Translations under genes and position numbers: made by a program
Origin: Phoronis australis
Taxonomy: Eukaryota; Animalia; Phoronida
Length of the DNA stretch: 64,000 nt
Reading direction: 5' to 3'
NCBI GenBank assembly: GCA_002633005.1
Contig: NMRA01000071.1
Location: 92,976-156,975, forward strand
Shown: positions 63,138 through 64,000 of the stretch, in pieces
How the letters are laid out: every line of letters starts with the position of its first letter
Position numbering within the stretch: position 1 is the first letter of the stretch
Notes under the pieces: generated by a model
Told to the model about the DNA's origin: nothing
Seen by the model: only the letters and a program-made list of their open reading frames with translations
Database searches by the model: none

Positions 63138-64000
63138 ATACCACAGGTTGTCATCGTTGGTCTAGTTTATTGTCACTCCCTGTAACTGACTGTACCTGTG
63201 CTTCATTACTTGTTGCTGGGCCTAGCTAGGTGGCCACTGTATTCTCTCTTCTGATGACGGTGTTTGAATAAATGACATCGACTTAAAACCGTGTTTGTTT
63301 TTATTAATATATGCTGCTACTTGCTGTCATGAAGAACTAAGTGAATGCAATGAAAATGGGCACGAGTTGATGCCATCTCACCTTCTGTTTAAAAAACCTT
63401 AACAATTTCATTTAAACCAATGATGCAACTTCCAGGTGCCAGTTGAGCCATTGCTGTACCAACTATTAGCCATGACAACAAAAGGTTCAGATTGTTTTCT
63501 CTTCCACAAATGGGTATACAAATGATATCAAAGCCGCACAGAGTGCAGTTGTGCACTGCAACTGATGTAGTAGCACACTGCAGTTGTACAATACAACTGA
63601 TATAGCAGCACAGACTGCAGTTGTGCAAACCAGATATTCTTTAAGTATCTTGCAGTCACTTTCCAAAATAAAAACAAGGAGTCAGCTGCAGATCACCAGC
63701 AGATGTCACTCCGGTCACATCCACCAGTTCGAAAAAATGAAAGTAGCATATTGATCATTCAAGTGACTAGCACAACTTAAATCAACTGAGTGAAAGTAAA
63801 ACAACAAATCATTCTAGTGATTACTGACACTTCAACAGAGGACTGACTGTAAACAAATAGGCAAGAGTAATACATGCACCATGACAACTTTGGCCATGGA
63901 ATACCCACTAACTAGACTGTCTTGTCTATCAGAGATCTCAGCCATCACACTGGCCAGTCACTAATTTGCAAGAGAGAATATAAGATTATCTCACCTTTCA

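Larger units (their letters stand above)
62452..63307 (+). mobile_element. Penelope-like element 3' remnant: GIY-YIG endonuclease tail between inverted pseudo-LTR copies
   Basis: TRTKEHLNSDRSSHV...CSFNDFAIIDQA.TTKDLKIPEALHISWCKPIFSRQL; 62455-62545 is an inverted copy of 63230-63305. Confidence 0.82.

Noticed and set aside
63993-64000. TGAAAG|gtgaga donor at the window edge as the upstream exon end
   Set aside because: Phase 0 would place TGA in frame, and only 6 nt are visible.

Overview
AT-rich, repeat-dense animal genomic DNA, probably from an invertebrate. The whole window lies inside one large minus-strand unc-13 (Munc13) gene. I traced 18 exon positions by hand (21 exons including alternatives) with GT-AG boundaries and consistent phases, running from the pre-C1 helix (60668) through C1, C2B and most of the MUN domain (878). 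The gene continues beyond both window ends. About 160 residues of MUN are missing, most likely lost at the single-N contig join (20177) beside a 4.4-kb near-perfect 27-bp satellite. The main finding is three tandem pairs of phase-matched, probably mutually exclusive exons: 107/107 nt in the C1-C2B linker (49-nt spacer), 128/131 nt in C2B Ca2+/PIP2-binding loop 3 (48-nt spacer), and a divergent 55/55-nt pair in MUN (83-nt spacer). These allow up to 8 combinations. Five further exons are flanked by young partial duplications that copy their splice sites. Introns hold more than 20 minisatellites and many transposon remnants: a solo LTR, pogo-like, ISL2EU-like, Kolobok, Harbinger, hAT and Helentron-like elements, a LINE fragment, and a Penelope remnant with a minimal hammerhead ribozyme. 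Family assignments come from motif recognition and recalled sequences; no searches were run.
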